Of a stretch of DNA of 64,000 nt, positions 28,339-41,127 are shown piece by piece. How positions within the stretch are numbered: the first letter of the stretch is position 1; each line of letters begins with the position of its first letter. The position numbers were made by a program, and so were the translations under genes. The notes below the pieces were generated by a model, which was given only the letters and a program-made list of their open reading frames with translations, had not been told where the DNA came from and did not search any database. Source of the DNA: Trichoplax adhaerens (taxonomy: Eukaryota; Animalia; Placozoa); the NCBI RefSeq assembly GCF_000150275.1, contig NW_002060944.1, positions 685,614-749,613 of the forward strand, written 5' to 3'.

Positions 28339-29200
28339 GGCAAGCAAGATCCAAACTGGATGGACGATTGCCTACTCAAACTGATCATTTCTATACAGGA
28401 TTTACTATGGTTTTCGTTGAGACGATAACATCCCCACTCGGCTACAACTGTATGGGCACGGTACGCTCCGGTACGGACCAACGGCAAGCAAGACCCAAAC
28501 TGGATGGACGATAGCTTACTCAAACTGATCATTTCTATGCAGGATTTACTATGTTTTTCGTTGAGACGATGACATCCCCACTCGGCTACAACTGTGTGGG
28601 CACGGTATGCTCCGGTACGGACCGACGGCAAGCAAGACCCAAACTGGATGGACGATAGCCTACTCAAACTGATCATTTCTATACAGGATTTACTATGGCT
28701 TTCGTTGAGACGATGACATCCCCACTCGGCTACAACTGTGTGGGCACGGTATGCTCCGGTACGGACCGACGGCAAGCAAGATCCAAACTGGATGGACGAT
28801 TGCCTACTCAAGCTGATCATTTCTATACAGGATTTACTATGGTTTTCGTTGAGACGATGACATCCCCACTCGGCTACAACTGTGTGGGCACGGTATGCTC
28901 CGGTACGGACCGACGGCAAGCAAGACCCAAACTGGATGGACGATTTCCTACTCAAATTGATCATTTCTATACAGGATTTGCTATGGTTTTCGTCGAGACG
29001 ATGACATCCCCACTCGATTACAGCTTGGTTGGCCCGGTACACTGCGGTGCGGACTGATGGCAAGCAAGATCCAAACTGGATGGACGATTACCTACTCAAA
29101 CTGATCTTTTCTATACGGGATTTACTATGGTTTTCGTCGAGACGATAACATCCGCACTCGGCTACAGCTGGGTGGGCACGGTGCCTTCCGGTACGGACCG
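28339..29200. repeat. Tandem array of 6 x 144 bp, GC-richer than its flanks, upstream of the MAP2K start
   Basis: ggcaagcaaga.ccaaactggatggacga starts at 28339, 28483, 28627, 28771, 28915 and 29059 (exact 144 period, substitutions only). Confidence 0.97.
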
Positions 29201-29470
29201 AACGGGACGGTCAGCCGTCGTACCCACCACTGGCTGGCTGCTGGGGGGTTGAGTCGTTCGTTGCTTTCTAGTTGACTCCATTTTCCAACCATTTTCAATC
29301 TTAGTTGGCTGTTGGCACGCATTGCAATTACTGATTTGAGGCTAGTAGGACGCTGTTAAGAGCGATCTTCAGGCCTTGGGCGACTCCATCATTGATAGTA
29401 TTGGTGACTAGCGTCGATTGGATATTGATTGTATTTTACGTGGAAAAAAAGCCAATTCAAAACAGCCATC

Positions 29471-32400
29471 ATGTCAGGTAAGAGATGAGCGGATAGGAAA
29501 ACGTCTTCGTAGACGAGGCCAAGTCATTGAATTGTTGACGTATACAGTATCAGGTTACACACTGGTTTGGGATACACTACTGTCGGTGTACCCGGCCAGT
29601 CATTTCTCTCCACTCGATCGATCATGGAGAATGCAAGAGGATACAATTTGGATTGCCCTTTTGCCGGCCTCTACTTTGATATCCTCTTCTTCTAGTCGAT
29701 CCAATCGTCTTCAAAAGTAACTTTTCACAACCGAGATGCATCACTGTAGGTGTATCATTGCAGTTTGTAATCGCAATACTACAGATCAGTAGAATACAAT
29801 CGCCAAGAGATTATCATCATGATAGAAATGAATCATTGATCGCAAGTGATAACCAAATTAAACAGCGCGGATACTCTTTTCTAGGACGGAAAAATCCCAA
29901 GTTGAATTTTAATAAGATTGATCAAGTCAATAAAGAGATGGATCATACCAGGTAGGTCGATATAGTCTAGGTTATACTAGGAAGAATCGCTTAATTACCA
30001 GCTTGAATCACGTCGTCATAGACAATTGACTTGTCTATGACGAGGATGAAAATTACTTGTAACGCCAAGTGGATCAATATCTTCTTCATGGACAGTAGTC
30101 ATGATGCTATATTAGTAGATATCAATCTTGGACGTATTATCATCATTGGTCTATGCTATTCTGCTATTATAAATCATGGACATGGATGGTTCATGATAGA
30201 AATTCAATAACCATAATAGTAGAATAACGAATCACCCATCAACCGGCATGCTATCTTTGACGCACAACCATCAATAAACTTTCACTTTACACCCATCATT
30301 TGAACATGATCTTTCCTTCCATTTTGTAACCATTGTAGGCCACCAAGAGATCTGGATTCCACCGCAAAATTAATCGTCAACAACAGGGTTAGTTTTTGTG
30401 CTTATTTCATGTCTGTGATACCGATTTCAGTATGCAAGGGTTGACAGCCGCTTGAAAAGAGAAGAGCTCCTTGTCAATCCATGATACGGCCCTGTCAATA
30501 ATGAACATTCTAGCATCAACGATCGCCGCCGTCGTAAATGATAGGCGCTAAGTTGGTCATGTTGAATAAAGTAAACTCTTCTTGTGCCTGGCCTTTCCTT
30601 AGTACTTGTTATTAAAATAGCCTTGATAGATTTAATCTACTTTACTAGCACCAAAGTAACATGTCTGCTTCAAACTGCTACTCCTAATTGAATTGTCCAT
30701 TGAGACACCCCTTTGACTTCTAATTATCAATTTTGATCGATTTCAACTTTACTTTTCTCGCTTATCAACTAACATGGGTAGTGGATTAATAAATTCTTTT
30801 TATAGGAATTTGATTGCGATGCCACCGATTTACAAATTATAAGTGAGCTTGGCCGTGGAGCATTTGGTGTTGTCCACAAAGTTTGTCATCGTCCCAGTGG
30901 AGTCATTATGGCAGTTAAGGTAAAGATGATGTGCACTGTACGCATATGTTATTCCTCATGATATAGATAATCTTATCCAAGCTTACAATGGAATGACTGT
31001 TATTAATGAAAATCGCTCATATCATGAACAAAATTGTTTCAACCCTACTGGTAGAACGACTCAGTATTCTCCTCTTCCAACTTACCAAAATGGTAACGAT
31101 AGTTTTCCCCAAAAAAGCACACCGTAATACTGTCTCTTGTAAAACTCCATTAGAATCTCTTTCAATCATTCTTTTCTAGACCAAATAGTTTACACTATGG
31201 AAATCAGTCAAAACTTCTGTCTATTGCAATTCTCAATCTTTTCTAGTACAACTATTCATCTTGAATGAAGAATAACAATACTGGCTTAGTCATCATGTTA
31301 TCATCAATGTCTCGTTGAATTGTTGTTACAAACAAGACGATACTGACGTTTAGGAATCATGATGTCGTTGAAAACATGTCTAGTAATTAATCTTCAATCA
31401 ATGCTCCATACTACTAGTATACTGTACAATATGACAAAGAAGCTACAAACAGAATCAATCACAAACGCTGAATATTGGATCAATAATATCTAGAAAATAG
31501 CCATAAATCATAGCTAGCTAAAATACGGCAGCAAGCAATCACGGTAGTAGAAAATTGCATCGATGGATAGTAGTCGTATAGTGCACGATTGCTTACACGG
31601 TGTTTTATAGGTCATCACGTCTTTGGAAATCAGTCCAAGAATAAATTTAAAGTCCTGAGTCCATTAATGCTACTTATATCGTAATCTTATTTCACCATCA
31701 TATTCGTAAGATGAGAAGAATACGACTATTACCATCTAAGAGAGTTGATTCTATTAATCTGTCTGTTCAACTATAAAATTACTTGCCCCATAATGTGTGC
31801 AATGTATCATGGCGTTCGCTTATGTTACTTTTTCGATTGTTTTACCGATATTATGAAACTATAGAGAATCCGAGCAAATGTCAGTTCGAAAGATCAGAAA
31901 TATTTATTGCAAGACTTGGATGTTTCGATGGCAAGTGACAGTCCTTACACAGTTAAAGTTTATGGTGCATTATTTAAAGAGGTAAAGTCTTTTTTTAATT
32001 TCATACGTCAAGTGTATCAAATGCTAAAATAGCCACTGTAACCTTTTGATAAAGTAAAGGTTAACAGTTGAGATAGTAATTCTTTCTTAGACATTCATAA
32101 TGGTTAAGATACAATGTTAAAACGTACTCGTGTTAGGTTTGTAGCATGATTATTAAGATACAATATTAAAATGCATTTGTTTATGGGTACATTATTGAAA
32201 GAGGTAAAGTCTGTTCTTTAATTTCATACGCCAAGTGTATCAAATGCTAAAATAGCCACTGTAACCTTTTGATAAAGTAAAGGTTAACAGTTGAGATAGT
32301 AATTCTTTCTTAGACATTTATGATTGTTAAGATACAATATTAAAATGCATTTGTTTATGGGTCCATTATTGAAAGAGGTAAAGTCTGTTCTTTAATTTCA

Positions 32401-34468
32401 TACGCCAAGTGTATCAAATGCTAAAATAGCCACTGTAACCTTTTGATAAAGTAAAGGTTAACAGTTGAGATAGTAATTCTTTCTTAGACATTTATGATTG
32501 TTAAGATACAATATTAAAATGCACTCGTTTATGGGTGCATTATTTAAAGAGGTATAGTCTGTTCTTTAATTTCATGCGTCAAGTGTATCAAATGCTAAAA
32601 TAGCCACTGTAACCTTTTGATAAAGTAAAGGTTAACAGTTGAGATAGTATTTCTTTCTTAGACATTCATGATTGTTAAGACACAATATTAAAACGCACTC
32701 GTGTTAGGTTTATAGCTTGAAATTGGAATCCAATGACAAAATCATTTTACTAATACCGATAATTTTGATGCTTTTGGAACTAAATCTTATTGATTAATCA
32801 TTATTAAATATGCAATGACAAAATTGTCTTACTTGAATCAATTATTTCCATACTCTCGCAGCTATATCTTAATATTTGTTCAATTTATACAGGGTGATGT
32901 TTGGATTTGCATGGAATCCATGGAGGAATCTTTCGATAAATTTTATGTCAAAGTATTCAAACAGTCCAAAAGATTTAATGAAGCAATATTATGCTACTTT
33001 GCGAATTGTGTAAGTATCTGAACGAGTATATAATTTATTACACTTTGTATCACGGCAGATACAGTTTTGCATTCAGGGATTAATACAACACCACTTACTC
33101 AACTATCAATGAAGCATTTACTTTTTGAATATCTTTGAATGTAATCTATGATGTATTATTGAAACAATGTCTCCATCACTTATATTGATATTGTAGGTCA
33201 TTAAAGCTCTTTCTTACTTACATAACAAATTAAAAGTAATTCATAGAGGTAAGTTGTGAATCCATCAGTAATTAATATTTAGCCTAAAATCTCATACTGT
33301 ATTTGTGTTGCCCACCTTATTAAAATCAACATGGAATCATTCTTGACAAAGCAATATTGACTTTGTATACGGTACCGTAATTTTAGATGCTATAAAATAG
33401 TATTAATTTAGCTTTATTTGATTTATTCAATTAGATGTCAAGCCATCAAATATTTTATTGGACCTAAATGGCCTTGTAAAGTTATGCGATTTTGGGATCA
33501 GTGGTCAATTAGTCAATTCCATAGCCAAAACCAGAGAGGCTGGATGTAAACCATATATGGCTGTAAGTAATTTGATGATAAGATTGACGCAATCAGTATG
33601 ATGTCGATACTCCAAAGATTGATAATGCTGCCTAAAGTATTGATAGTAAATGTGTCCAATATATTGTTCGATGTGGTTAGTAAGCATATATTCATTGGAA
33701 TACTTTTTGAATAGCCTGAAAGAATTAACCCAACTAATACCGGCGGTGGTTATGATATTAGATCGGATGTGTGGAGTTTTGGAATTACTATGGTATGTAT
33801 TAGTTTTAACCCTGACGTAAATAGAAGAAGACCCTAAGAAGACGACTAATGTAATAGTTCTGGTTATAATGTCAATACTTTATCCAATTTCTCTTATATG
33901 CGTATATGTGTAATAATTATAGCTGGAGATATCAACCGGTAAATTTCCTTATGCCAAATGGCGTACACCTTTTGAACAGCTCAAACAGGTGGTCATGGAT
34001 GATCCACCTCGCCTACCGGACGATGGGAATTTCTCAACTGAATATCGAGATTTTATTGGTCAATGGTTTGTAATTGTTTACAGACATAATTTCCAACAAG
34101 TTTTGTTCGCTGTTGTGCAGTCTTGAAATTAATATATGTAACTCTATCTTACGCATCATTTTAAATTTCCAGTTTACAAAAGGACGTTCACAAAAGATTG
34201 AAATATGACAAACTACTGGTAGGCTTTGCATGATCCTGCTTATTGCTCATTTTATTATATTGTCATCGAAATCTTATCAAATACTAGGACGCTAATCACC
34301 TTCTTACCAGCTATTGATACCCTCCTTTATTCTTTGTAACCGTAATAGGAACATCCATTCTTACAAAGTCTAGAAATAACTAATGAAGATGCAGCTAAAT
34401 TCTTTGAAAGTGTTCTCTCTCAAGCATCTCAACAAGAAGAGAATTCCGTTGGTGCTAATAGTACATAG
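29471..34468 (+). CDS. MAP2K6: Dual-specificity MAP kinase kinase, MKK3/MKK6 (p38 activator) type, 12 coding exons
   Basis: A 7-nt first coding exon ATGTCAG|gtaag, then GRKNPKLNF (docking site), [69 protein letters not shown] and [12 protein letters not shown]; stop TAG at 34466-34468. Probably a co-ortholog of MAP2K3 and MAP2K6. Confidence 0.9.
31960..32715. repeat. Tandem array of 4 x about 174 bp including the MAP2K exon 5 3' end and donor site
   Basis: aaagag|gta.agtct at 31979, 32201, 32375 and 32549 (spacings 222, 174, 174), each followed by caaatgctaaaatagccactgtaaccttttgataaag. Confidence 0.95.
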
Positions 34469-35445
34469 ATTAATGTTAACCTATTGGTAGAACCGACTTG
34501 ATAGTGAATTAAAGCAATTAAGTACTCCCAAAAAGACTAAAAAACTTTACTGCAGTTCGAAAAGATAACAGTACCCGTTAGATAATCTAAGACTGCAAAA
34601 TTTTGATGACTATAAATACATTCGATAGGCGTTGCCTGTTTTTAAGAAAAAAAACCTAGATCTGAACTAATTTGTATTATGAAAAGTTAAAATTTCCGTG
34701 CTTTAATTAAATAGTAAGTGCTATTTCTTTATTAAGCATTTTATAACCGATAAGATTCTTCGTATCGTTTTTGCAACCAATTCAACGGCTACGCTTACTC
34801 GTGCATCTTAATGTTTCCTGTATAGTATCATATATCGACGGAAGTTACACACAACATAAATACTTTTATACTTGAAAGAACACATAATATGATTCTTCGA
34901 TTCTTTAAGGGTGATAATACTAAATTTATTTGAAATTTTAATACTTCTATTTTAGCTTGGTAACTGCTGCATGTTGATTTTAATAGTACCATTTACCATT
35001 TTTGTCTATTGATTTTATTGTATCACAAATACCACAGCTGTGTAAAAAACGCATCGCTGTCAATCTTTTATGACAATTTTAATCACGATACAATAACATT
35101 ATCTGTAATTAAACGTCAAATTGTAGAAAGGCAAACAACTCATTTTGGCTCGTTTTATTCAATAAATGTTAAGCTTTATGCTACTATGCAAGTGGGCTCC
35201 AAACTAGCTATTTATCACATCGTCACAATTGCGATACACTTTTTAAAAATCTTCGAACGTAATTGTGTACATCATTCTATTTACAGCAATTACTGTATTT
35301 CTAAAGTGATAAAAAGATTGTGTATTTAGTCTCTATTTATATTTTACACCTATTACCTTCAACAGTGATTGATAAAGTTGTGTATGGAAAATTATAACTA
35401 GTTTATTAGCACCGGTGCTGCTGTTTAAACGGAATCTAAATTGTT

Positions 35446-38400
35446 TCACCATTCTGCAGATTCTGAGAAAATCTTTGAACCTGGAAAGCAAAAGGATAGA
35501 GCAAATACAGTTTATAAATGTATTATACACTAGTACCAGACATGCACCTGCTAACATTCTAGCGCTAATTTTGAACCACTATATCAGCATATTAACATTA
35601 AAATAACCGTACTTTCTGATTTTTCTTTCTTTGCTGGGATTTGTCCTGTGGGCGAATTCACTGCAATGAAGAGTTTAATATCACGTATGTAATTTATTTA
35701 AATTACTTACGGTAGTAACTCACGGGAATTTATCATGCAGTGTAGGAATTTAACACCTAATTCAGAGCCGATTGCTATACCTATTGAATCTGCTTTCCTT
35801 TTCGCAGCGGAAGAGGTTTTTTCAAGCCTATCAGACTCAAATTTTTGCAAGGTGAAGTCTTGAAATTCACCAACTAACTTGTTTGAAACTAGCATAAATG
35901 TAAATAGACCAATTAGCATAGATCTATAAGAGTACAAAGTGTGCATTATACAAGCATCATAGGTTAATGGCAATTGATAGCATTTAGTGCTAAGGTTATC
36001 AATTTACCATTTACGCTTTCCTTTTCATTTAATAAAATGATATAAAAAGAAGTTTCGTCCATAGGGACAGGCATCGGCTTCGCTCCACCTTATAATAAAC
36101 AGCAGAAGGGATTATTTATTGTGCTATAAATGAATTAGTAACTGTTTGTCAACTTACCAAAAGCAGAAAAGTAATCAGCAATTTTACTCAAAGGCCAAGG
36201 CTCCTTAAATCGCATCACAAATACATGCTCTCGTGATGGACGAACTGTATCGACAGTTATCGAAAAAATCAAATATTACGGTTACTGTACCGCTTATTTT
36301 AGTGATAGCAAAAATATGAAAGTATTAAAGTACCATCGTCTCCACTCAAATTCAGGTAGGGTATGTCCAGCATTCTATGCATTTTAATCCTGCATTGAAC
36401 GGAAAGACGCTACTTAGCCTCACTTAAAACGAACGTGTATTATAATCCTAAAAACATCTGCACAGTACGTATATTACAAGGTGTACATACTTTCCATTAA
36501 AAGGTTGAAGAACTTCGCTTTGTAAATTGCAACATCCATTTTCGTCTTCAGTTAAAGTATCTATAGAAAGCAAACTAAGTTGTATTGATGCGATATTATA
36601 CTCAAGAATGAAGAACAGAGCAAGAATATTCGATAATCTTAAATCAATGTGGCCAAGCGTATTTACCATAATAATACAGCATCCTAGCGAAAACTGTACC
36701 ACAAATGTACGCATCGTAGCCAGCGTCATGATAATGTTCATGAAAATCTTTACAATCAATTTCTTTACAAAATTCTAAATTAAAGAAATAACACAAAATT
36801 CTCAATATAAAACGTTTTATCTTTAATAGCGTAATATTCATACCAATTGAAACATTTTGAAATGGTTCCTTCTGACTTCTTTTCTCAGCTGCAGCTAAAG
36901 AACTGTCTGCAAAGTATGTCTAAATATATGCGAAATGATAAAAACAACAATTTACGAATAATCTTGTACGTTTGCAACAGCTTGTACGACATGTACGGTA
37001 CATTGTGAACCATAAATCATTGCAGATATTAAGCTACAAGCTTTGCAAGAAATATTGCATTGCTGAAGGCATGTTAAAAGTTTTCACGTTGACTACAATT
37101 GTATGTTTGTAATGTCATTATCTATGGCGAAGACGATAGGATTTTAAAGTAGAGACTAACCTTAATTGGTTCTGTAGTAGCCATCAATTTAGTGTCGTAT
37201 AGGCTGAAATGAAGGAATTTACAGTACATTAGATGATTGCATAATACAATATATAAGAACACGGAAGGAGCGGTCGTTGTTATTTTGATCATATAAGAAA
37301 CGAATTACTTGGGGAAAGCCGTATTTACAATTTCTTTAAATTCATAGTAATCCTAAAATATTGACAATATTCAGATATTAGCTTTATCGTACATGACTTT
37401 TCGTAGAGATGTTAATCCTAATCATTAGACTCACATTAGGCAAAGGTGCTATAAATTGGTGAACCAAATGCAATATATCGTGCAGCATATTATGACCAAC
37501 AACCGGAACATTCTGTACAAAATGATCTTTAATTTAACTGACGTAACCTGGTGTCAGTAATCTATCGCACAGTAAACTCTGTGTATACATGTGCATGACG
37601 AAAACACAAGTTAATTCATGAAACAGATTTTCTTACTGCTTTACGAAGTATATCAATAACTTTGCAGAATCCAACAGCATCGTCAAGTTTACTCTAAATC
37701 AGCGTTAATTACAGAGAAAAGAAAAAATTAATGATACAATCTTCATTATTATCGATTACCATTAAGTTTGCTAGCAATTCTAAAATGAGTTATTTTCATA
37801 ACATAGTCATACCAATTGAGTTTTAAATTTTTCTTCGGCAGCCTGTGCTTTCTCTTTTTCGTCCAATTTCTTTGCAAGAATATAAATACCCTAATTTTGT
37901 TTATCAAGAGGTAAGTTTCTTAATCACGTTTAAAGCTTATTCATAAACATCTAAATCTGCTTACACTCTCTTCTCGTACAGTTTCTGGTAGCATGTTCTT
38001 ATCAGTACACCTAAAAAGTAAGTAAATATAATTAAATGCCAGTTACATACACTGTCTAACAATTATTTCCCCTTTGCTAGAATTGTTCATACCTTGCATA
38101 TAATAATTCGTAAATAATTTTCCTATGATATCTGTACAATTTCGTAATAATATGATTTAATGAGCAACCTTAATCAAATCATTAGCTTCTAAAGCATGCA
38201 ACTAAAAGAAGGTCTAACCCGGAGCAAGATGGAAATTGAAGAATTTTCTTGCTATTATCAGATAGCCATTCATCAATTAATTGACTAAAATGATATGTAA
38301 ATATAACATCTCATCAAAGAAATTATTACGAAATAAAAATTCCCACAACCCTATCATTATTAATTGAAGCAAAATCACACCGTGATCATACAATAGAAAG

Positions 38401-41127
38401 ATTAATGACTCACATCATGTCTTTAACAAATTGCTGATCAGAATCAGCAATTTTAAAGGATAATTGATACGGATATTTATTTTCCTTTGCTCTATTATAC
38501 TTTTCGTCTTCTTTTTCCCACATTGATTTCATTTTCTCTTCTATTTTCATTCGACATTCAGCTTCGACAATGGAGTTTAGATAAGGCATTCCTATTATTT
38601 GAGAAAGATAAAGCTTAGCAGATGGTTGATTTCTAATTCTTATGATGTCGGATAAAAAATAGGAACTTGCTAATTGAAATCATTTAACAACTAGCTTACC
38701 GTCATTGAATACTTTATTAAAATTGAATTTATGCTGGCTAAGAAATTTGATGCTTGAAATCTGTGTTTATATATAGTAAAAATTGCTGATTATAATCAGG
38801 CAATTACAGAGATATGACCGTCAATACCTGTGTAAATACTATCTAATTTGATAAATTTTTACTTGACAAGAAAAGCCATTCTTATTTGGACCACTGTTAT
38901 CGTCTTGAGGAAATATGTAGAAACTAAAGGGAAACGCTGTAAAGCTGGACACAATACGATGAAATTTGGATGAACACAGTCAAAAACAGGCTTGGATATT
39001 TTAGCATAGTATTTAGTTAGTGTTTGTAATCAAGAGCTTAGTATTATAACTATAGTCAATCCGTCTATATACCTCTTCTTGTCTTCATTAGGCACAAAGA
39101 CACATAAGCCACATTGAATCATCAAGAAATTTTGTACAATCTAGCAAATTGATTTAATACTCAGTTTTAGAACATGACTGTATATTATCGCATATACATA
39201 AATAATATAGAAACTGCCGTAAAAATCGTAAATACTATATGACTATAGCAGTATGCTACTTTACGTCGTAATTCATTATTAGAGTAACTAATCATATCTA
39301 TTCGATTCTATCCTGGATTTTGCAATTCTTAATTAAAAACTTGCTTTGATAATTAATTTTATCACTGTCAATACCAGCATCAAGCACAAGAATCGAAATG
39401 AGCAAATAGCTAAGAAGGTATCGGAAAAGATTTACTTTACCGGCGAACTGATCATTTTAAATAATAACATGATGGTTAAAACTGAGGACTTTGATTTGAA
39501 CTCTCAAAAAGGATATGTTGTTAATATAGTCATTGAACTATTATTTCATTACTTTAAAATGACTAGTAATAAAGCATTAAAATACTATGTCAATACTTAT
39601 GATGTCATGATTAGGTATGGTAAATAAGATTAAGCTTAAAAGTGGCAGCTCAGCTTCGAAATTGACTAACCTTACTTATTTTCTTATAACGTTGTGCAGG
39701 CGATTCGAACATATCAAATGCTCTGCTCTCATCACTGTTAATTCCTACATTAAATTAAAACAATTTAAAAATTTTCAACTAGAGGAAGTTACGGTAAAGG
39801 TAAATTGACGTCGTTCTATGCAGATGGTTAATTATGCACTAAAAAATTACAGTTACTAGAGTATGAAGCAATTTATTAGTCTATTGACGCAAGAGTACAC
39901 AATCAGACAATTAGAATAATGTACCCGTAAATTCTCCATCCAGTGCCACAAATGCCGCTTTATTTATGATGGATTTTAAAATATCGATAGCCTCATTTAA
40001 GTCTAGAATAAAAGAGAAGCATCATTAATTTCAATTCATCATTTTAGACTCCTATGAATTAGCAAGGAATCTACGTGGTTAGTTCTAAGTAGCACGTCAT
40101 TAAAAAAGTAATATTCACTACCGTGATACATTTGAAGGATATGGTAGGGAATCAAGGCAAGTGTTAATTTCTATCTAGCTCACTAGCTCAAAGTTGTACA
40201 AAATTAGCCGAAACTGAACTTCATCATTGCATCTCATCCCCAATTTCCCATAGGCTCTCCTACCAAGGTGATGAGCTCTAAGTTGCATACAATTAACCTA
40301 AACTCATGCGCGTATTCATTCATTGATTCATTTCTATCCCTTGGCTACTTCAACTTCTACTGGTGGCTAGCTGTAAGCTGCTTCAAATTAGCTTCAACTC
40401 AAACCTATTCATCGATTAATTTCTATCTCTTAATGCTCAGTGGACATGCATACCTCAACACTGAACTTAATACCGATTCTGAAATCATTTAATTTTAGGT
40501 AAATTTGTAGTTGGTGTGCTTATACGATCTCGGAAATAACATCAATTGAATGAATAATTGCTTGTACGTGCGTACAATGTCCTCAAATAACGATCATGGG
40601 TAGGACATGAGCGCAGAATTTATACAAGAAACGATTGTGTTCAAGAAATTGTCCGTGAATTAACGGAGTAAAGGAAAAGTTCTAAGTTTTGTTGGATACA
40701 ATCCATACTGAATATAGTTCCGTTGTTCTACTGTGTCATGTAAGCTAGAATTCGTCCATGAATCTTGAACTCATGCAATTGTTCAACTTCAACCTATACA
40801 AGAGTTCTATGTTACAAATTTACTTCAATCAAGACTAAAATTTGTCCTTTCATCTCTCTCTCTCTCTCTTATGCTAGTCCTATACTCTCCAATTTATACC
40901 TACTGTATAAAGGTTAGCTGGAAGTTGCATCATCCAAACGAATAGAAAAGTCCTCGATGCCATGACAACTGTGGATGAATGAGTGTCGTATTTTATGACA
41001 TATATATGATGGATGCAGAACGTGACTGTGACAAAATTTTCGTCCTTTGAAAGGTATTTCTATCGATAGCAAGATGTTATAGCATCACTGTTGTATACAT
41101 TGCCTTACTTGAAGAGATGACTTCCAT
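35446..41127 (-). CDS. PARN: Poly(A)-specific ribonuclease (DEDDh nuclease, R3H region, RRM), many short exons
   Basis: A 19-nt first coding exon MEVISS(N) at 41127-41109, then FVALDGEFTG, IQCGLCVF, PFSFYIFP, SSIKFLSQHKFNFNKVF, VVGHNMLHD, YDTKLMA, YHDAGYDAYICG and RRM HVFVMRFKEPW..FSAFG. C-terminus KIFSESAEW* parallels the terminal Trp of human PARN. Confidence 0.92.

Noticed and set aside
28275-29063. 262-aa repetitive minus-strand ORF as a gene
   Set aside because: Explained by a 144-bp (3n) tandem repeat with one stop-free frame; no recognisable domain and no supporting gene structure.
28339-29200. CRISPR-like array (also considered for 6600-7200 and 25090-25710)
   Set aside because: Whole units repeat with no unique spacers; eukaryotic context and no cas genes.
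35710-35756. Possible extra PARN exon (VKFLHCMINSRELL)
   Set aside because: The flanking exons already join in phase 1 to give the conserved-looking C-terminus; including this segment shifts the frame.
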